Shown piece after piece: positions 1 through 9,531 of a stretch of 64,000 nucleotides of DNA (position 1 is its first letter; the number at the start of each line of letters is the position of its first letter). The DNA is from Vulcanimicrobiota bacterium (GTDB lineage Bacteria; Vulcanimicrobiota; Vulcanimicrobiia; Vulcanimicrobiales; Vulcanimicrobiaceae), in contig PLCF01000080.1 of the NCBI GenBank assembly GCA_003135555.1, positions 6,619 through 70,618 on the forward strand, in the 5' to 3' direction. Position numbers and translations under genes: made by a program. A model generated the notes under the pieces. It saw only the letters and a program-made list of their open reading frames with translations, did no database searches and had not been told where the DNA came from.

Positions 1-447
1 CGTGCGCCGCCGGCGGCGCACGCCGTGATCGTGGTTCCGGACATCGCGCTCAGCACCGCGCAGGCGCGTGCGTTGATACCGCAAACCTACGCTCGCGCCG
101 CCGCCGTGCACAACGTGCAGCGCGCCGCGCTGCTGGGCGCAGCACTCGCCTCCGGGCGGCTGGACCTGCTGCGGGCCGCCGCGCGCGACCAATTGCATCA
201 GCCGTATCGGGCGGCGGCGATCCCGGGCCTGGCCGAGATCCTCGAGCTCGACCACGAGGCGATCCTCACGGTGGTCCTCTCAGGCGCGGGACCGTCGGTG
301 CTGGCGCTGTGCCGTTCGGCTGCCGAACCGGTCGGGCGCCTCATCGCTTCGATCTTCGAGCGCCACGGCATCGGCTGCACCGTCCTCACGCCGGCGCTCG
401 CCGCGACCGGCGTTACGGTGTCTGAACGCACGGAGCGAGCGAGCTAG
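1..447 (+). CDS. thrB: Homoserine kinase, C-terminal part (starts before the window)
   Basis: STAQARALIP, DQLHQPYR and LSGAGPSVLA motifs of the GHMP kinase C-terminus; frame open from base 1. Confidence 0.88.
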   Translation, partial: RAPPAAHAVIVVPDIALSTAQARALIPQTYARAAAVHNVQRAALLGAALASGRLDLLRAAARDQLHQPYRAAAIPGLAEILELDHEAILTVVLSGAGPSVLALCRSAAEPVGRLIASIFERHGIGCTVLTPALAATGVTVSERTERAS

Positions 448-482
448 AGGGGCCGCCTCCGGCCACGCGAACGTGGCCGCAG

Positions 483-902
483 ATGGTCAACGTCAGCGTC
501 GGATCGCCCGCGGGTATGTGCACGGTTGCTAACCCGGCGTTCTACCGCTACGTTCTGCGCCTGGCCGAAGCGCCGTTGCGCACCAGTCCGGTCGACCGCG
601 CCCAGCTCGACATGCTGGCCAACGTCCCGCACGCGTATGCCGATGAAGAAGAGTGCTCGGGCGACGGGTGGCGCATCGTTCCGGCGATGTCGTACGAAGA
701 CTGGCCCGTCCTCGAAGCCAGCCCGCAGCGCCTGCGGGCCGCCTTTCAGACGGCCCGCCGGCTGCTGTGGACCAACGCCGGCCCCGTCGGGATCAGCGCC
801 GGCGACATGATCGCGGTCGACAAAGAGATCGAGTCGGTTCTGGGCGTCCTGCACCAGGCCGAAGCCGGCGGCTTCAGCGTCAACGTCTCCTACGTAAGCT
901 AA
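483..902 (+). CDS. Hypothetical protein (139 aa)
   Basis: ORF with protein-like composition filling the gap after thrB. Confidence 0.65.
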   Translation: MVNVSVGSPAGMCTVANPAFYRYVLRLAEAPLRTSPVDRAQLDMLANVPHAYADEEECSGDGWRIVPAMSYEDWPVLEASPQRLRAAFQTARRLLWTNAGPVGISAGDMIAVDKEIESVLGVLHQAEAGGFSVNVSYVS

Positions 903-915
903 GGCCCCAGCGCGC

Positions 916-1809
916 CTACTGGCGCGGGTTGAAGAGGCTTCCCAGCACGCCGCCGACGTTGCTCGTACCGCCGGCCTGCTGCGCGCCTTCGGGCGCGGGC
1001 TCGTGATAGGTCATCGACTGCAAACCCAGCCGGCCCGGTCCGGTGAAGCGGTTCATCATCAGCGACGCCCCGCCGACGAGCGCGCCGAGCGCGCCCATGA
1101 ACCCGCCGCCGCCGCCGGACTGCAACACCGTAACCGTGTCCATCTGCACGGAGGCGTCCTTCCAGAGCCAGGCGCCGGGCTCGACGTCGAGCTGCTCGCC
1201 CGGCCCGAGCTGCTTTTCGAAAACGTTTCCGTAGCCGTGCAGCAGCACCAGACCCTGATCGTTGGTCGCGGCGAAGCGGTCGATGAACAGGCCGGTGCGC
1301 GCGAACAGGACGTTGGCCAGACCCTGCTGCCAGTAGAAGTCGTACCCGACGCTGTTCGTGGCCATCAAGAACTGATGCTCGCGGACGTCGACGACTTGAC
1401 CGGGGCTCAGTTTGAGGGCGACGATTTGCCCCGGTGCTTCGCGCGACACCGCGATGTTGCCGGGGCCTTGCGCGGTCGAGATGAAGATCTGCAAGCCGGC
1501 GAAGAAGCGTTTCCCCGCGTTCTTGAGGCCCATGAACCCGAGCCGCACTTGCGGCTGTTTCCACAGCAAGATGTGGTGCTCGAAGTAGACGCCCGTCTGG
1601 GGTCCGAGCTCGATGTCGACGACCGGGCAAAGCTCGCCCTCGACGCGCACCGTGGTGTCGCCGATGGTGATCGGCTCCTTGGGATTGTCGCGCTCCGAAA
1701 CCGGTTCGGTGTAGGCGCCGACGCCGACCGCCTGCGGCGCCGGAGCTCCGCACGCCGCGCAAAAGCGCGCGCCGTCGGGGATCGCAGTTTGACAGCTTGG
1801 ACAGGTCAT
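916..1809 (-). CDS. AIM24-family protein with N-terminal zinc ribbon
   Basis: CPSC...FCAACG zinc ribbon; GLVLLHGYG and NRFTGPGRLGLQSM are typical of AIM24/TRAP-like proteins. Confidence 0.85.
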   Translation of the reverse strand: MTCPSCQTAIPDGARFCAACGAPAPQAVGVGAYTEPVSERDNPKEPITIGDTTVRVEGELCPVVDIELGPQTGVYFEHHILLWKQPQVRLGFMGLKNAGKRFFAGLQIFISTAQGPGNIAVSREAPGQIVALKLSPGQVVDVREHQFLMATNSVGYDFYWQQGLANVLFARTGLFIDRFAATNDQGLVLLHGYGNVFEKQLGPGEQLDVEPGAWLWKDASVQMDTVTVLQSGGGGGFMGALGALVGGASLMMNRFTGPGRLGLQSMTYHEPAPEGAQQAGGTSNVGGVLGSLFNPRQ

Positions 1810-1865
1810 GCGCACGCGTTCGCCGCCTTGGGGTCGGAGCCTGGTCGCATGGGTACGCTGCGGCC

Positions 1866-1973
1866 ATGGAACGCGAATCGGTCGAGCAGCTCGGAGCCGA
1901 TGACGAAGAGTTCGCCTCGGTCGAGGATACCGGCCCGGAGCCCAGCGAGAACCCGACCGTCGACGACGTCTAG
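1866..1973 (+). CDS. Putative 35-aa acidic small protein (MERESVEQLGADDEEFASVEDTGPEPSENPTVDDV)
   Basis: Not in the ORF track; -10-like TACGCT (1854-1859) 6 nt before the ATG; fills the intergenic gap. Confidence 0.5.
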   Translation: MERESVEQLGADDEEFASVEDTGPEPSENPTVDDV

Positions 1974-1982
1974 CGCCGCCGG

Positions 1983-2627
1983 TTAGGCGATCAGCTCGAC
2001 CGTTTCGTCGGCGAAGACGCGAAAGCGCGTGTCGTAGGAGCGCATCGCGTCGCCGGCGACCAGGCGGCTGTGGATCCGCACGTCGCGCGCAATGCGCCCG
2101 TCCTCGAGCTCGCGCAGCGGTTCGGCGCGGTGCCGGATCAACGGTGCGATCCCGGACGCGGGCGGCGCCAAGCGCTTGAGCCGCACGAGATGGCTAACGA
2201 TCGCGCTCTGCACGCGCGTCGACAGCGTGCGATAGTCTTCGTCGATGCCGGGCTCGTCCGTCGCCGGGGGCGCCGGCGCGTTCTGGACGTAACGCGTGAC
2301 CGCTTCCAAGTCGTCGGCGGCGATCGAGGTGAAGGAGCAGAAGTAGCGGTGGACGAGCTGCTTGGCGGCGCGGATGGTTTCGTCTTTGTCGATGCGTACG
2401 CGGCTGAAAATGCTGCGCCGGCGCAGCGTGAAGGTCAGCGGCACGTCGCGGCCGTGCACCGGCACCTGCGAGACGAAGGCCAGGCCCTCGCGCGCGACGG
2501 TCGTCCCCAGGACGCGGATGCTCCGGCCTTCGCAGAGCGCGACGGCGTCGAACGCACCGTTGCGCCCGCCGGCCTTTTCGAACCACAGCGGCTCCGTCTT
2601 GCCGAAGAGCTGGTCGAGGAGGAGCAT
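1983..2627 (-). CDS. Hypothetical protein with degenerate PilZ-like barrel
   Basis: GLAFVS...LTFTL...RYFCSFTSIAADDLEAVTRYV resembles a PilZ C-terminal pattern; start set at MLLLDQLF. Confidence 0.55.
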   Translation of the reverse strand: MLLLDQLFGKTEPLWFEKAGGRNGAFDAVALCEGRSIRVLGTTVAREGLAFVSQVPVHGRDVPLTFTLRRRSIFSRVRIDKDETIRAAKQLVHRYFCSFTSIAADDLEAVTRYVQNAPAPPATDEPGIDEDYRTLSTRVQSAIVSHLVRLKRLAPPASGIAPLIRHRAEPLRELEDGRIARDVRIHSRLVAGDAMRSYDTRFRVFADETVELIA

Positions 2628-2733
2628 CGTGATAAAGGTTTCGGCAAAAACGAGGGCGACTTCGAGGCTGGACCGGGCAATCGGGATCACAGTATCCCGG
2701 CCGGCCCGCCGGGAGAGGGCAGGGCAGATCGAC

Positions 2734-3768
2734 GTGACGACCGAGGCGGGCGGCCAGATCACCGCGCAGCGGCGAATCATTTTCGGGCCGCTGGCCGGGG
2801 CCTTGACCGGGCTGCACCTGCCCGGACCCGTCGCGTTGCTGGGCTCGCCGCGCTCGCTCGATACGGTCGCTGACGCCGACCTGGGCGGAGCGGCGGTGTT
2901 CCGCTACGCCGGGGTGCGACCGCACAACCCGCGGGCCGCGGTCGAGGAAGCCGGCGCCCTCATCGACGCCCATGGCTGCGCCAGCGTCGTGGCCATCGGC
3001 AGTTCGAGCGCGATCGACCTCGGGAAGGCCGTCTCGGACGGGCGCGCCGTGATCCTTTGCCTCGTGCCGACCGCGCTGGGCGGAGCCGAGATGTCACGCG
3101 GCTACGGGGTGCTCGAGGGTGACCGCAAGGCCGGCGGCCGGCTCGCTGCGCCGGCCCCGCTGGTTGTCTACGACGCGGCGCTGCTGGCGTCGCTACCGCC
3201 GCGCGAGCTGGGCTCGATCGGGCTCAACGCCTGGGCCCACACGATCGAAGCGCGCTACGCGCGCACGCCCCATGCCCTCGGCGGCGCGGCCGCGCTCGAG
3301 GCTGGACGCCGGTTGCCGCCGCTCTTGATCGCCGCCGCGTCCCGGCGCGACGAGGCGCTCCACGCGGCGCTCTTCGAGGCCGCCCACTTGGCCGGCTTCG
3401 CGCTGGACACGCGCTCGATGGGCCTGCACCACGCGGTGTGTCACGTCATCGGCGGCCTGACCGGCATCCCCCATGGGATCAACAACGCGATCGTGTTGCC
3501 GCACGCGGTCCGCGCCAACGCGCGCATCGCCCCCGACGCAGTCGCCGCGGTGGCGGTGGCGTTCGGCTTCGCCGATCTCGCGGCCGAGACGGAATCGATC
3601 GCCGCCGCGTATGCGCTGCCCCGCACGTTCGCCGAACTGGGCGCACCGCCGGATCTCGTCGAACGCGCGCTGCCGCGGGTGATGGAGCAGCCGCTGCTGC
3701 GCAACAACCCCGCCATGCCGGACGAAGCGACCGTCCGCGAGCTGCTCGAAGGCGCTTATGCGGGGTGA
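2734..3768 (+). CDS. Iron-containing alcohol dehydrogenase family (maleylacetate reductase-like)
   Basis: AIGSSSAIDLGKA, VPTALGGAE, NAWAHTIEA, GLHHAVCHVIG, PHGINNAIVLP. Confidence 0.85.
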   Translation: MTTEAGGQITAQRRIIFGPLAGALTGLHLPGPVALLGSPRSLDTVADADLGGAAVFRYAGVRPHNPRAAVEEAGALIDAHGCASVVAIGSSSAIDLGKAVSDGRAVILCLVPTALGGAEMSRGYGVLEGDRKAGGRLAAPAPLVVYDAALLASLPPRELGSIGLNAWAHTIEARYARTPHALGGAAALEAGRRLPPLLIAAASRRDEALHAALFEAAHLAGFALDTRSMGLHHAVCHVIGGLTGIPHGINNAIVLPHAVRANARIAPDAVAAVAVAFGFADLAAETESIAAAYALPRTFAELGAPPDLVERALPRVMEQPLLRNNPAMPDEATVRELLEGAYAG

Positions 3769-3791
3769 TGGAGGGATTCCATCATCTTCCC

Positions 3792-3819
3792 AGTAACGGA
3801 AATACCGATTATCGTCACT
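3792..3819. other. dif-like 11-6-11 tyrosine-recombinase site
   Basis: AGTAACGGAAA-TACCGA-TTATCGTCACT, an imperfect palindrome 37 bp upstream of the xer gene. Confidence 0.55.
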
Positions 3820-3856
3820 CCATGCGCCGTGGAAGAAGGCGCGGAAAGGACGATCC

Positions 3857-4828
3857 GTGGCCAAAGCCCGCCGCTACGAACGTGCCCAGTTCGCCTCGAC
3901 CGACCCGGCGATCGCGCGCTTCGCGCAATACCTGGACTTGCGCCGGATGAGCCCGCGGACGTCGGTGGCGTATCAACGCGATCTCGAAAGCTTCGGCTCG
4001 TTCCTCAAGGCGCGCGCCGGGAAGCTCGACCTCGACGTCCACCACGCGCCGCCCTACGACGCGCTCGAGGACGCGGTCGCCTCGGACGTGCTGGCCTATC
4101 TCACCCGCCTCAACGGCTCGCGGGCCTACGCAGGGCGCTCGATCCGGCGCAAGATCTCGGCCCTGCGGACGTTCTACAAGCACCTCAAGTTCGACGGGCG
4201 GCGCACGGACAACCCGGCCTCGGACGTCCCCAGCCCGCGGATCGGTAAGCCGCTCCCCAAGGCGCTCACCGAGCGCGACATGTCCGCGCTGCTGGCCATC
4301 GAGATCGCGGGGTTGAGCGAGACCCAGCGGCGCCGCGACCGTGCCATCCTGGAGTGCCTGTACTCGAGCGGCGTACGGCGGTCGGAGCTGCTGGGGCTCG
4401 CCATCGGCGACGTCGACCTGGACAGCCGCACGATGCGGGTGGTCGGCGGCAAAGGCAACAAGGACCGCCTCGTTCCGCTCACCCAGGTCGCGGCCGATGC
4501 GCTGCGCGCTTATCTGGGCGTGCGGCCGCGAACGGTGAGCGATGCCTTTTTCATCGGGCGCGCTGGGGCGCGCCTGAGCGAGTCGGCGCTCTACAAGATC
4601 GTGCGCACCTACATCGGGATCGCCGGCCTCGAGGGTCACGCCTCGCCGCACACCATGCGCCACTCGATGGCGACGCATCTGTACGAGCACGGCGCCGACC
4701 TGCTCGTCATCAAGGAGATCCTCGGCCACGAGAGTCTGGCCACGACGCAGGTCTACACGAAGGTCGCGAAGAGCCGCATGCTCGAGCAGTTCGACGCGAC
4801 CCATCCGCGCAGCAAGCGCTCGGGCTAG
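3857..4828 (+). CDS. xerC: Tyrosine recombinase, XerC/XerD family
   Basis: Catalytic R (GVRRSEL), K (GKGNKDR), HxxR (HTMRHS), H (LGHES) and Y (TTQVY); N-terminal SAM-like domain. Confidence 0.88.
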   Translation: MAKARRYERAQFASTDPAIARFAQYLDLRRMSPRTSVAYQRDLESFGSFLKARAGKLDLDVHHAPPYDALEDAVASDVLAYLTRLNGSRAYAGRSIRRKISALRTFYKHLKFDGRRTDNPASDVPSPRIGKPLPKALTERDMSALLAIEIAGLSETQRRRDRAILECLYSSGVRRSELLGLAIGDVDLDSRTMRVVGGKGNKDRLVPLTQVAADALRAYLGVRPRTVSDAFFIGRAGARLSESALYKIVRTYIGIAGLEGHASPHTMRHSMATHLYEHGADLLVIKEILGHESLATTQVYTKVAKSRMLEQFDATHPRSKRSG

Positions 4829-4983
4829 ATCCGAGCTCCGCGGCCGGTGATGATGTTGAACACCAGCATCACCAGGGCAATCACCAGCAGTAAGTGGATG
4901 ATCGAGCCTCCGAAATGCAACGCGAAGCCGAGCAGCCACAGAACGAACAGGATCACGATGATCCCCCAGATGAGTCCAGCCAT
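4825..4983 (-). CDS. Small membrane protein, lmo0937/DUF5670-like (52 aa)
   Basis: MAGLIWGIIVILFVLWLLGFALHFGGSIIHLLLVIALVMLVFNIITGRGARI; SD AAAGGA upstream; absent from the ORF track. Confidence 0.8.
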   Translation of the reverse strand: MAGLIWGIIVILFVLWLLGFALHFGGSIIHLLLVIALVMLVFNIITGRGARI

Positions 4984-5128
4984 GCGCACCGTCCTTTCTG
5001 ACCCCAGGCTTGCCCCTCAACGCGCCTCTTCAATCCGCTCCTTCTTCTCACTCCACGGCGGGCGAGCGGGCGCCCGAGTGTGATCGCCATCGCGCACATC
5101 GCTGTACCGCGCGGGGAAAGCCGGTCCT

Positions 5129-5425
5129 ATGCCGCTCGCGTACACGAACCTCCGCCCCCTCCCGGCCGGCCGTGCGTTCCCGCACTGGAGCGACGTGCTG
5201 CGCGAGCGCCTGGCCGCACTGCGACGCGAGGCCGAGCGCGAGGCGCGTGCCGGGCACTCCGGCGCTGAGCCGCTAACGGAGCTCGTGGCGCGCAAGCTCG
5301 CCGCGTTTCGGGCCGAGCTCCCGGCGCTACGCCGCGATCATCGCCGGCGCAGCGCCGGCACCGACGAGTTGCTCCACGCGATCGCAGCGCTCGGCCCACC
5401 CAGCGAACGCCGCATCGCCGTTTAG
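5129..5425 (+). CDS. Hypothetical helical protein (98 aa)
   Basis: ORF converging on panE. Confidence 0.5.
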   Translation: MPLAYTNLRPLPAGRAFPHWSDVLRERLAALRREAEREARAGHSGAEPLTELVARKLAAFRAELPALRRDHRRRSAGTDELLHAIAALGPPSERRIAV

Positions 5426-6324
5426 CGTCGCGTCCCCTCGCGCGCCTTTACCAGCGCCGTGAGCGTCTCGTTGTACGGCGTCGGCACGGCGGCGCGGCGG
5501 CCGGCCGAGACGACTGCGCCGTTGATGAAGTCGACCTCGGTGGGCGCGCCCGAACGCAAGTCTTGCAGCATCGAGTTGTCCAGCTCGGCGGTTTGCTCGA
5601 CGATCGTGCGCACGTACGTCCACGGGTCGGTGAAGGGCAGCGGGATGCGCATCGCGTTGGCGACCGTCGCGGCTTCTTGGGCGAGCGAGCGTGCGATGTC
5701 GCCGGCGTGCTCGTCGCTGAGGACGACCCCGTTGGGGCGATCGAGCAGCGCCGCCACGGGATTGATCGCGGCGTTGGCGATGAGCTTGCCCCACAGATGC
5801 GGCCGGATATCGTACGCTCCGCTGGCCCGCAGCCCGGCGTCGACGAGCAGCCGCACGACCCGGTTGACCAACTCGGGCGACGCGCCCGCGCTGCCCAAGA
5901 CCGTCGTGCCGTCGCCGACGCGCCGCACATCACCCGGACCGACCGCGAGCGCGGACTCGGTGGTGGCGCCGATCAAGAGCGGGATCGTCCCGCCTAGCGA
6001 GGTCTTGATCGCCTCTTCGTTGCCCAGCCCGTTCTGCAACGAGACGATCGCCGTGGCCGGGCTCAGCTCCGAGGCGAACGGGCGCAGCGCACGCAGCGTG
6101 TCGGTCGCGCGCACGAACACGAAGAGCACGCCGACCCCGAAGAGATCGCGCGGCTCGCTGGTAATCTGTGCGTTGCGGGCCTGACCGTCGACCCGCACGC
6201 CCGACTCGCGAATGGCGTCGACGACATCCTGCTTGCGCTCGAGGAGCACGACCTCGTTGGCAGCGGCCAGCCGCTGCCCGAACAACGTCCCGAGCGCACC
6301 CGCGCCGACGATGCCTAATTTCAT
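5422..6324 (-). CDS. panE: 2-dehydropantoate 2-reductase
   Basis: GIVGAGALG, SLQNGLG, LWGKLIANAAINP, SMLQD...TEVDFING. Confidence 0.92.
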   Translation of the reverse strand: MKLGIVGAGALGTLFGQRLAAANEVVLLERKQDVVDAIRESGVRVDGQARNAQITSEPRDLFGVGVLFVFVRATDTLRALRPFASELSPATAIVSLQNGLGNEEAIKTSLGGTIPLLIGATTESALAVGPGDVRRVGDGTTVLGSAGASPELVNRVVRLLVDAGLRASGAYDIRPHLWGKLIANAAINPVAALLDRPNGVVLSDEHAGDIARSLAQEAATVANAMRIPLPFTDPWTYVRTIVEQTAELDNSMLQDLRSGAPTEVDFINGAVVSAGRRAAVPTPYNETLTALVKAREGTRR

Positions 6325-6445
6325 TCTGACGGCGCTCCGCTCACGCTGCGCGCCCCCCACGCTTTGCGTGGGGCCCCCGGGTCCGACCTCGCAACGGCGT
6401 GACGGTACGCGGACGATTCTGCTGTGCTCGGTCCATCACCATGCT
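6325..6445 (-). repeat. Intergenic repeat family, copy 1
   Basis: TGGTGATGGA...GTTGCGAGGTCGG..GGGGGCCCCACGC-loop-GCGTGGGGGGCGC...GGAGCGCCGTCAGA immediately followed by the panE ATG. Confidence 0.85.
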
Positions 6446-6463
6446 GCTGTCACCGGGGTGCTG

Positions 6464-7156
6464 TTACCATGCTGCTCTTTGGCGTTTCCGGGTCATTTGG
6501 GCGATGAGGAAGACTCCGGCGCAAAAGCCGCCGATGTGGGCGAAGTACGCGGTCCCGCCGACCGACTCCGCCGCGCGGTCGCTGATCGTTCCGAACCCGG
6601 TCACGAACTGGCTCAGCGCCCAAAGTCCGATGACCAAGAGCGCCGGGAGCCGCACGAACAGTGGGAACCAGCCCAGCGGGACGATGGTGCGAATCCGTGC
6701 GAACGGAAAGCAGACGATGTAGCCGCCCAGGATGCCGGCGATCGCACCCGACGCGCCCAGCGCCGGCACGTGGCTCCACGGGGCGACCGCGATCTCCGCG
6801 ATCCCGCCCACGATCCCGCACAGCAGGTAGTAGGCCAGGAAGCGCACGTGGCCGCAGACGTACTCGATAGCCGGACCGAACACGAACAGGTACAACATGT
6901 TGAACCCGATGTGCAGCCAGCCGCCGTGCAAGAACATCGACGTGACGATCGTGAGCGGTGGGAACGGCGGCGACGGCGGGTCGAGCGCGACGCCGTGCGT
7001 GACGTCGAACGGGATCGTGGCGAAGGCGTTGATGAAGCGGTCGGGGTCGGGTGCACTCAGCTCTTGAAAGAACACCCACACGTTGAGCGCGATGAGAGCG
7101 TAGACGACGAAGGGGACGACCGGCGGCCGGCCTTCGTCATCCCCGATCGGGATCAC
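6464..7156 (-). CDS. Rhomboid intramembrane serine protease
   Basis: SMFLHGGWLHIGFNML, GASG and AHIGGF motifs. Confidence 0.92.
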   Translation of the reverse strand: MIPIGDDEGRPPVVPFVVYALIALNVWVFFQELSAPDPDRFINAFATIPFDVTHGVALDPPSPPFPPLTIVTSMFLHGGWLHIGFNMLYLFVFGPAIEYVCGHVRFLAYYLLCGIVGGIAEIAVAPWSHVPALGASGAIAGILGGYIVCFPFARIRTIVPLGWFPLFVRLPALLVIGLWALSQFVTGFGTISDRAAESVGGTAYFAHIGGFCAGVFLIAQMTRKRQRAAW

Positions 7157-7157
7157 C

Positions 7158-8774
7158 TTAGAATTGGTACTGCAGCCCGAAGGTTGTGCGGCGCGCGTCG
7201 CGCAGCGCGTCCCGCTCGCCGCCGAAAATGGTGAGCCCGTTACCCAGCCCGTAGTTGGCGTAGAGATCGGTCGTCGGCCGGCGCGGGTCGTAGATACGGC
7301 CCTCCACACCGAGTCCGCGGCTGAGTGCCGGTGAGTACACCGCGCGCGCTCCGAGCCGCGAGTACAACACGCCGCCGCCGACTTGCAGGTGCGGAAACAC
7401 CGTCGCCATGCCGGCGAAGTTCCACGACGTGCGCGGCCCGCCGATATCGTTCGCCCCGGCGAACAAACTCGTCGCTCCCTTCGGCAGCGCGATGACGTTG
7501 ACGTCGGTCTGCGGCCCGCGGTCGCGCGTCAGCAGCGGTGAACTGTTCGTGCCGGCATGCTGCGCATCGAGCGCCGAGACGCGTATCTCCAGGGCCACGA
7601 GGTCCTTGACCAGGGCGCCGACCTTGTTCTTGACATTGCCCTGGATCGAACCCGGCGGCGGCGTTGCGCCGGGGCCGGGCGCTCCGGTACGCTGCGGGTA
7701 CGTGCCGTTCGGTAACGGCGTCCCCGCCGGAGCGGGCGTTGCGCCGCGATCGACTCCGTACACGCTGGACCGCCCGCCGAACTGAGCCAGCAGCGAATTC
7801 GCCTTCTGCGCCGCAGCGTCGACGTTGGCGACCGTGTCGCGTAGTTGCGCCTGCGTCTGGCTGTTGCCGGTCACGTTGCGCAAGTCGGCGGCGATCGACG
7901 AGAACGTTGTCGCGGTTTGCGCGATCCCTTGCGTGGTTTGCAGGATGTTCGAGCGCAGTTGCGGGTCGCCGGCGAGCGCCGCCACGTGGTCGGCGGTCCG
8001 GTTGAGATCGCGTGCCGAAGCATCGAGGGCAGCCACGATCGTATCGACGTGGCCGGTGTTGCGGTGTACGGCGCTGTCGAGCTGGGTGGTGATGTCGTTG
8101 ATATTGGCGCTGCCCTGCTGGATCGCCAGCTGCAGCGTGCTGGTCAGCGAGTCCATGCGCCGCGAAAGGTGCTGGAACGACGCGTTGGCAGTCGTGCTGA
8201 TCTCGTTGGCGTTGTTGAGCGCCGACTGGAAGGTGTTGAGCAGCGCGGGCTCGCGCCGCTCGAGCTCGGCGAGCATCGTGTCGAGGCGGCGCACCTCGCC
8301 CTGTCCTTGGTCGAGCAGGTCTTGAATCGTCGCCGGATTCGTTCCGTGCGGCTGCTGGTCGCGCGGCAGGATCTGGTGCGGCAGAATGGCCACGGCCGCG
8401 GGCGCATTGGTCGGCGCCGAGCGGCCCGACGGCTGCGGTGGCGAGAGAACCGGCACGATCTCGAGGGTCGAGTCGCCGGTCAGCGGCGCTTGAATGAGGA
8501 AGCGCGCGTTGCGCGGGACGTCGATCTTGTTGTCGATTGCGAGGTCGACCTCGACCGAGAAGTCGTCGGGGTTGAGCTTGGTGTCATCGACGACACCGAC
8601 GACCACGCCGCTCTCGTAGACGAGCGCGCCTTTGTGCAGCCCGGCCGCGGACCGGAACTGCACGCCGATCTTGTAGCGGCCTTGGGGGCCCACGTTCGCG
8701 AGCACCAGGAAGAAGCCGAACAGCCCCAGCAGCGCGGCGATGGTGAAGAGACCGACGATCGCTTGTCTATTCAT
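7158..8774 (-). CDS. mlaD: Long MlaD/MCE protein with helical stalk and C-terminal beta-rich domain
   Basis: N-terminal TM, MCE motif FRSAAGL..GA.V..SGV.VG.V; ends in FGLQYQF. Confidence 0.85.
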   Translation of the reverse strand: MNRQAIVGLFTIAALLGLFGFFLVLANVGPQGRYKIGVQFRSAAGLHKGALVYESGVVVGVVDDTKLNPDDFSVEVDLAIDNKIDVPRNARFLIQAPLTGDSTLEIVPVLSPPQPSGRSAPTNAPAAVAILPHQILPRDQQPHGTNPATIQDLLDQGQGEVRRLDTMLAELERREPALLNTFQSALNNANEISTTANASFQHLSRRMDSLTSTLQLAIQQGSANINDITTQLDSAVHRNTGHVDTIVAALDASARDLNRTADHVAALAGDPQLRSNILQTTQGIAQTATTFSSIAADLRNVTGNSQTQAQLRDTVANVDAAAQKANSLLAQFGGRSSVYGVDRGATPAPAGTPLPNGTYPQRTGAPGPGATPPPGSIQGNVKNKVGALVKDLVALEIRVSALDAQHAGTNSSPLLTRDRGPQTDVNVIALPKGATSLFAGANDIGGPRTSWNFAGMATVFPHLQVGGGVLYSRLGARAVYSPALSRGLGVEGRIYDPRRPTTDLYANYGLGNGLTIFGGERDALRDARRTTFGLQYQF

Positions 8775-8777
8775 GAT

Positions 8778-9530
8778 CTAGATCGGGATCGGCCCGACTT
8801 CGCTCCCTTGCAAGAATTGCTGCACGATCGGATTCGGTGACCGCCGAATTTCGTCGACGGTTCCGTAGGCCACAATGGCCCCTTCGAACAGCATCGCGAT
8901 ATAGTCTGCCATCATATAGATGCTCTCCAGGTCGTGCGAGATCACGACCGCGGTTCCGTTGAGGCGTTCGCGCAGCTTGACGATCGTGTCGGTCAAGACG
9001 TGGGTGATAATGGGGTCGAGCCCCGTCGTCGGCTCGTCATAGAGCACCGCTTTGGGGTTGGTGATGACGGCGCGTGCGAAGCCCGCCCGCTTGACCATCC
9101 CGCCCGAGAGTTCCGCGGGGAAGCGTTCCTCGACGTGCGCCAGGCCGACCGAGTCCAGCGTCTCGGAGACGAGCTTGCGAATCTCCTGGTCCTTCATCTT
9201 CGAGTGCTCGCGCAGCGGCAGGGCGACGTTCTCCCCGACCGTGAGCGAGTCGAACAGGGCCGAGAACTGGAACGCGAAGCCGATCGTGCGGCGCAGCTCG
9301 ATCAGATCGCGTTCGCGCATCTCGGTGATGTCGTTCTCCTGAACGAAGACCCGTCCGCTATCGGGCTTCTTGAGGCCGTTGAGGAGGCGCAGGATCGTCG
9401 ACTTGCCGGCGCCGGAGAGCCCGATGATGCAGGTGATCGCGCCCTCGACGATGTCGAGCGAGAGATTTTGCACGATGATCTTGGGACCGTAGCGGACCGA
9501 GACGTCGTCGAGGCGGGCCCAGAGTGCCAT
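8778..9530 (-). CDS. mlaF: MlaF-type ABC ATPase
   Basis: GLSGAGKS, FQFSALFDSLTV, ELSGGMVKR, YDEPTTGLDP. Confidence 0.9.
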   Translation of the reverse strand: MALWARLDDVSVRYGPKIIVQNLSLDIVEGAITCIIGLSGAGKSTILRLLNGLKKPDSGRVFVQENDITEMRERDLIELRRTIGFAFQFSALFDSLTVGENVALPLREHSKMKDQEIRKLVSETLDSVGLAHVEERFPAELSGGMVKRAGFARAVITNPKAVLYDEPTTGLDPIITHVLTDTIVKLRERLNGTAVVISHDLESIYMMADYIAMLFEGAIVAYGTVDEIRRSPNPIVQQFLQGSEVGPIPI

Positions 9531-9531
9531 G

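Noticed and set aside
3857..4828. Prophage or island integrase
   Set aside because: Xer-like size and motifs, host-like composition, no phage genes or tRNA att site nearby
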